DNA of 64,000 nucleotides from Octopus vulgaris (Eukaryota): NCBI GenBank assembly GCA_951406725.2, contig OX597819.1, positions 123,690,001 to 123,754,000 of the forward strand, read 5' to 3'. Shown piece by piece: positions 60,358 to 64,000 of this stretch (position 1 is its first letter; each line of letters starts with the position of its first letter). The notes under the pieces were generated by a model. It saw only the letters and a program-made list of their open reading frames with translations, ran no database searches and was not told where the DNA came from. The position numbers and the translations under genes were made by a program.

Positions 60358-60495
60358 GGAGGCACATGGCCTAGTGGTTAGAGTGTTGTACTCATGATGT
60401 TAAGATTGTGGTTTCGATTCCTGGAGTGGGCAGTCTGCTGTGTTCTTGTGCAAAACACTACAGTTCAGATTGCTCCAATCCACTCAGCTGGCAAA
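60358..60495 (+). mobile_element. Diverged tRNA-derived SINE head (third family)
   Basis: TGGCCTAGTGGTTAG A-box and GTTTCGATTCC B-box, with no complete cloverleaf. Confidence 0.55.
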
Positions 60496-60599
60496 AAAGA
60501 GTAATCTTACACACGTGCACACACATACACACACACAAACACTCACACACACACATGTATGCATACATGCAGACATATATAAAGACAGACAAACAGTTG

Positions 60600-60600
60600 G

Positions 60601-60679
<79 letters not shown>

Positions 60680-60751
60680 GTAGGTAGGTAGGTAGGTAGG
60701 TAGGTAGGTAGGTAGGTAGGTAGGTAGATAGATAGATAGATAGATAGATAT

Positions 60752-60783
<32 letters not shown>

Positions 60784-60824
60784 GTAGGTAGGTAGGTAGG
60801 TAGGTAGGTAGGTAGGTAGATAGG

Positions 60825-60903
<79 letters not shown>

Positions 60904-60905
60904 AT

Positions 60906-60944
<39 letters not shown>

Positions 60945-60953
60945 GGATAGATG

Positions 60954-61045
<92 letters not shown>
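60600..61045. repeat. (GATA)n/(GGTA)n tetranucleotide microsatellite
   Basis: Direct reading of the sequence. Confidence 0.97.
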
Positions 61046-62667
61046 TTGTAGAACTTACATGTACAAGTAGACATACGACTGTTATTTTGCTTAAGGTTAC
61101 ACGTAGATTTTCATAATCTAGTCTGTGTAATTAATTTACTAACATGCAATCTACTTTTGAGCTACAGAGCAAATGAAGGGAAAATTAGGATAAACCCAAG
61201 TTTATAATTAAAGGTCCTACGCGCAGATTTGGGGGGACTTTTGTCGTCGTTTGTATTTGATTATTGTGCATTATTCAAGTGTTCCTGTTTTCCATTTTTG
61301 AGTCCTGTCTAAAAAAAACTACTTCCCAACACAAAACAACCAGCTACGGTTTCGAACAGGTAAAAGTGCCTTCGCGCTATTTGTGGAACTTTTGACAACT
61401 TTATTGAGTATACAGTTTATAAATTGAAATGGAGACAAGTTTTTTTAATGTAAAAACACATTATACTTGTACTTTCAACAATTAATATATGCCAACAAAT
61501 GCAATGGATGCAGCGAAGATTACACTGAACAAACTAAAATCACTTTCAGAATAGGAGTGACTATTCACCATTAACAAATACGAGATCCTACAGCTATACA
61601 AATTCCCCTTATTGAACATTGGGGCACATGCACGAAAATCAAATCCTAGATTTCTTTCTACTCTGTCAATATGTAAAAAATATCACAGATAAAACTAAAA
61701 TATATCAGGAGAATTTATTTATGAATAAACAAGAGCCACAACTGAACAACCTATAAAAACATCAATAATATATGATTGGTCTTTTAGTATAATTTGACTA
61801 TGTATGTCTACTTCAGCACGTTCTTAAGAAAGCCAAGCTTCATGTAACCAAACCTACCTCTTGTTAAGAAAAGAAAGGATCCTTTTGAATGACATTATTT
61901 TTTGACATGTTAATAAAATATTGATGACATTATTCTTTGACATGTTAATAAAAAATTATTATTTATAATATTTTTATGCAGAAGTTTTTAGTTTTTAAAT
62001 TAGTTAAGTTTCTGTCTTTATTACTCCTGAAGATTTTAAATTATTATCACTTATTCATATCTCCCTACTCTATTGGATCACACACTAATTGGAGACCAGC
62101 TTTTTATGTCACCTTGCGCAACTGTCGCATGGCCTCAATATATGAACGTTGACAAATCAACCTGATGAATGCTGGAGGGTATATCAGCCGAAACGTTGTG
62201 TTCACAACAAACAAGAGGGGGACAAGTATCCGTCAAATGTAAATAATGTGAGAAATGTATACATGAGCATGTCTATATATGCAAATATATGCATGAGAAT
62301 ACATACATAAAACAAAACATAGATATCTGCGCATACAAAAATACACTGTTGTTGATGTTAAAATTCCAGTGAAGGATACTTGAATATAGGGCAGCAATCA
62401 GCTCCTTCTCTATCGGCAGTAAATCTTGGAATTAGAGTGAATAATGACATACATACAAACATAAGTACGAGAGAAAAAGACGATGAGAGAAAAGCAATAG
62501 AGAAGTATTAGGAGGTGCGTTGGGTGGAAAATGAATACATATTACGTGGTTAAAAAGTTAGCTGTCGGAAAAGTTAGACAGGGGGAAATGGACGTACGTA
62601 TGATATGTATAATGAAGCAAAGCAACGTTTCACTTCGAATCACAAATTATTTGTTTGATATTTTCAG

Positions 62668-62799
62668 ATTGCCTAGACCGCAGAGGGGCTTGCATGAACC
62701 ATGGTTTTCAGGGGCTTGGTGTCTACCACAATCTGTGTATAAAGAAGTACTGCAACATTGTGGACGGTGTGGCAACACTAGAGATGATGTATGATGCAA
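62668..62799 (+). CDS. Paralog 3, exon 4 (YCLDRRGACMNHGFQGLGVYHNLCIKKYCNIVDGVATLEMMYDA); terminal exon expected beyond the window
   Basis: AG/GTATGA boundaries, 132 nt, phase 1-1, open frame. Confidence 0.9.
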
Positions 62800-62843
62800 G
62801 TATGACCCAATGCTTTACTGTTAACACGCGCTCTTCATATATC

Positions 62844-62883
<40 letters not shown>

Positions 62884-62994
62884 AAAGAGTAATCTTACAC
62901 ACGTGCACACAACATACACACACACAAACACACACACACACATGTATGCATACATGCAGACATATATAAAGACAGACAAACAGTTGGTAGATAT

Positions 62995-63068
<74 letters not shown>

Positions 63069-63084
63069 GGATAGATGAATAGAT

Positions 63085-63128
<44 letters not shown>

Positions 63129-63151
63129 GGATAGATGGATAGATAGATAGA

Positions 63152-63224
63152 TATGTTTCTTTATTAGCCACACAGGGCTGCACACAGATAGAACAAATTA
63201 CAAGGTAGAGCTTTTCTTTTGAAG

Positions 63225-63258
<34 letters not shown>

Positions 63259-64000
63259 AGGGGGAGTTTCGATCAAAAGGGATCGTAAAAGGAGAGAAAG
63301 AGGACAAAAAAAGGGGGGTTAAAAAAAAGGGGGAGAGAAAAAAAAAAAAAAAAAAATTGATCAATAGGGATCGTTATCACAGAAATGTCAATATGAAGTG
63401 TAAAGGGGAGGACAGGTGAGGTTTACCCGTGGAAAGAAAAGCCTACGGAAAAGACCACGGTAACCTCGGTCAATGAAGTCACATTTTATATTTCTTTTTT
63501 TTTTTTTTTTGCAAATAAGCAACTCTCTGTTTTCGATTTCTGGGTTCATAGGACTATGCTCAAGGTGGCTTCGTCATTCATACGTGCCATTCTTGCTACA
63601 TTCACCCATCTTTTTTTAAAACATTCGCTAGACAAAACTTGCCTCTCTACTCTCACTTTCCTTTTCAAGTGGTACTTGAAGAAGTTGATGAGAGATTGAC
63701 CAGAGAGGAAAGTGTTTGTCTCCAATCCTTTCAGACGCGTCCACCAGATACATTCTTTCGCCATAGCCACAAGGATGATGAAAATAGCTCTTCCTTCCCG
63801 TTTGAAGGAAGGAGGCGTGACAATATTGACGATAGACTCAGCTGATAAACCGACTCGTCCCACACGTGACAGCAGTTGTTCGACATAAGCCCACAGGTCG
63901 GAAATTGTTGGACACTGAACGAGTGCGTGCAGAACGGTTTCGTCGCTCTGACCGCATCTCGGGCAGGTCGGCCCCGTGTTTCTCGAGCCGTGTCTGTAGA
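63152..64000 (-). mobile_element. 3' end of an L1/Tx1-like LINE abutting (GATA)n
   Basis: Minus frame CPRCGQSDETVLHALVQC (zf-RVT-like knuckle) continuing through AKECIWWTR to a stop at 63546. T-rich 3' UTR with AATAAA. Confidence 0.8.

Overview
This is eukaryotic, AT-rich DNA saturated with microsatellites and transposons. The repeat landscape (two tRNA-derived SINE families, Penelope-like elements, Helitrons, Tc1/mariner, RLE and Tx1 LINE fragments) looks like an octopus or other cephalopod genome; the taxon is inferred, not shown. Almost all ORFs in the supplied track are microsatellite or TE artefacts. Between the repeats lies a + strand tandem array of three paralogous multi-exon genes that the ORF track misses. 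They encode a small (~149 aa), probably secreted protein with 12 cysteines in the mature region. Copy 1 shows its last three exons (3537-13622), copy 2 is complete (26769-42069) and copy 3 shows four exons (49199-62799, last exon beyond the window). Copies 2 and 3 come from a recent ~22-24 kb duplication. Sampled non-coding flanks differ by only ~1-3%, whereas exons 2-4 differ at 38/340 nt, and all 27 differing codons change the amino acid while every Cys codon is unchanged. This is a toxin- or immune-like signature of diversifying selection. The window also carries about a dozen intact or decayed minimal hammerhead ribozymes in Penelope-like element tails, several fold-back structures and a solo LTR. 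All coordinates and counts were obtained by hand.
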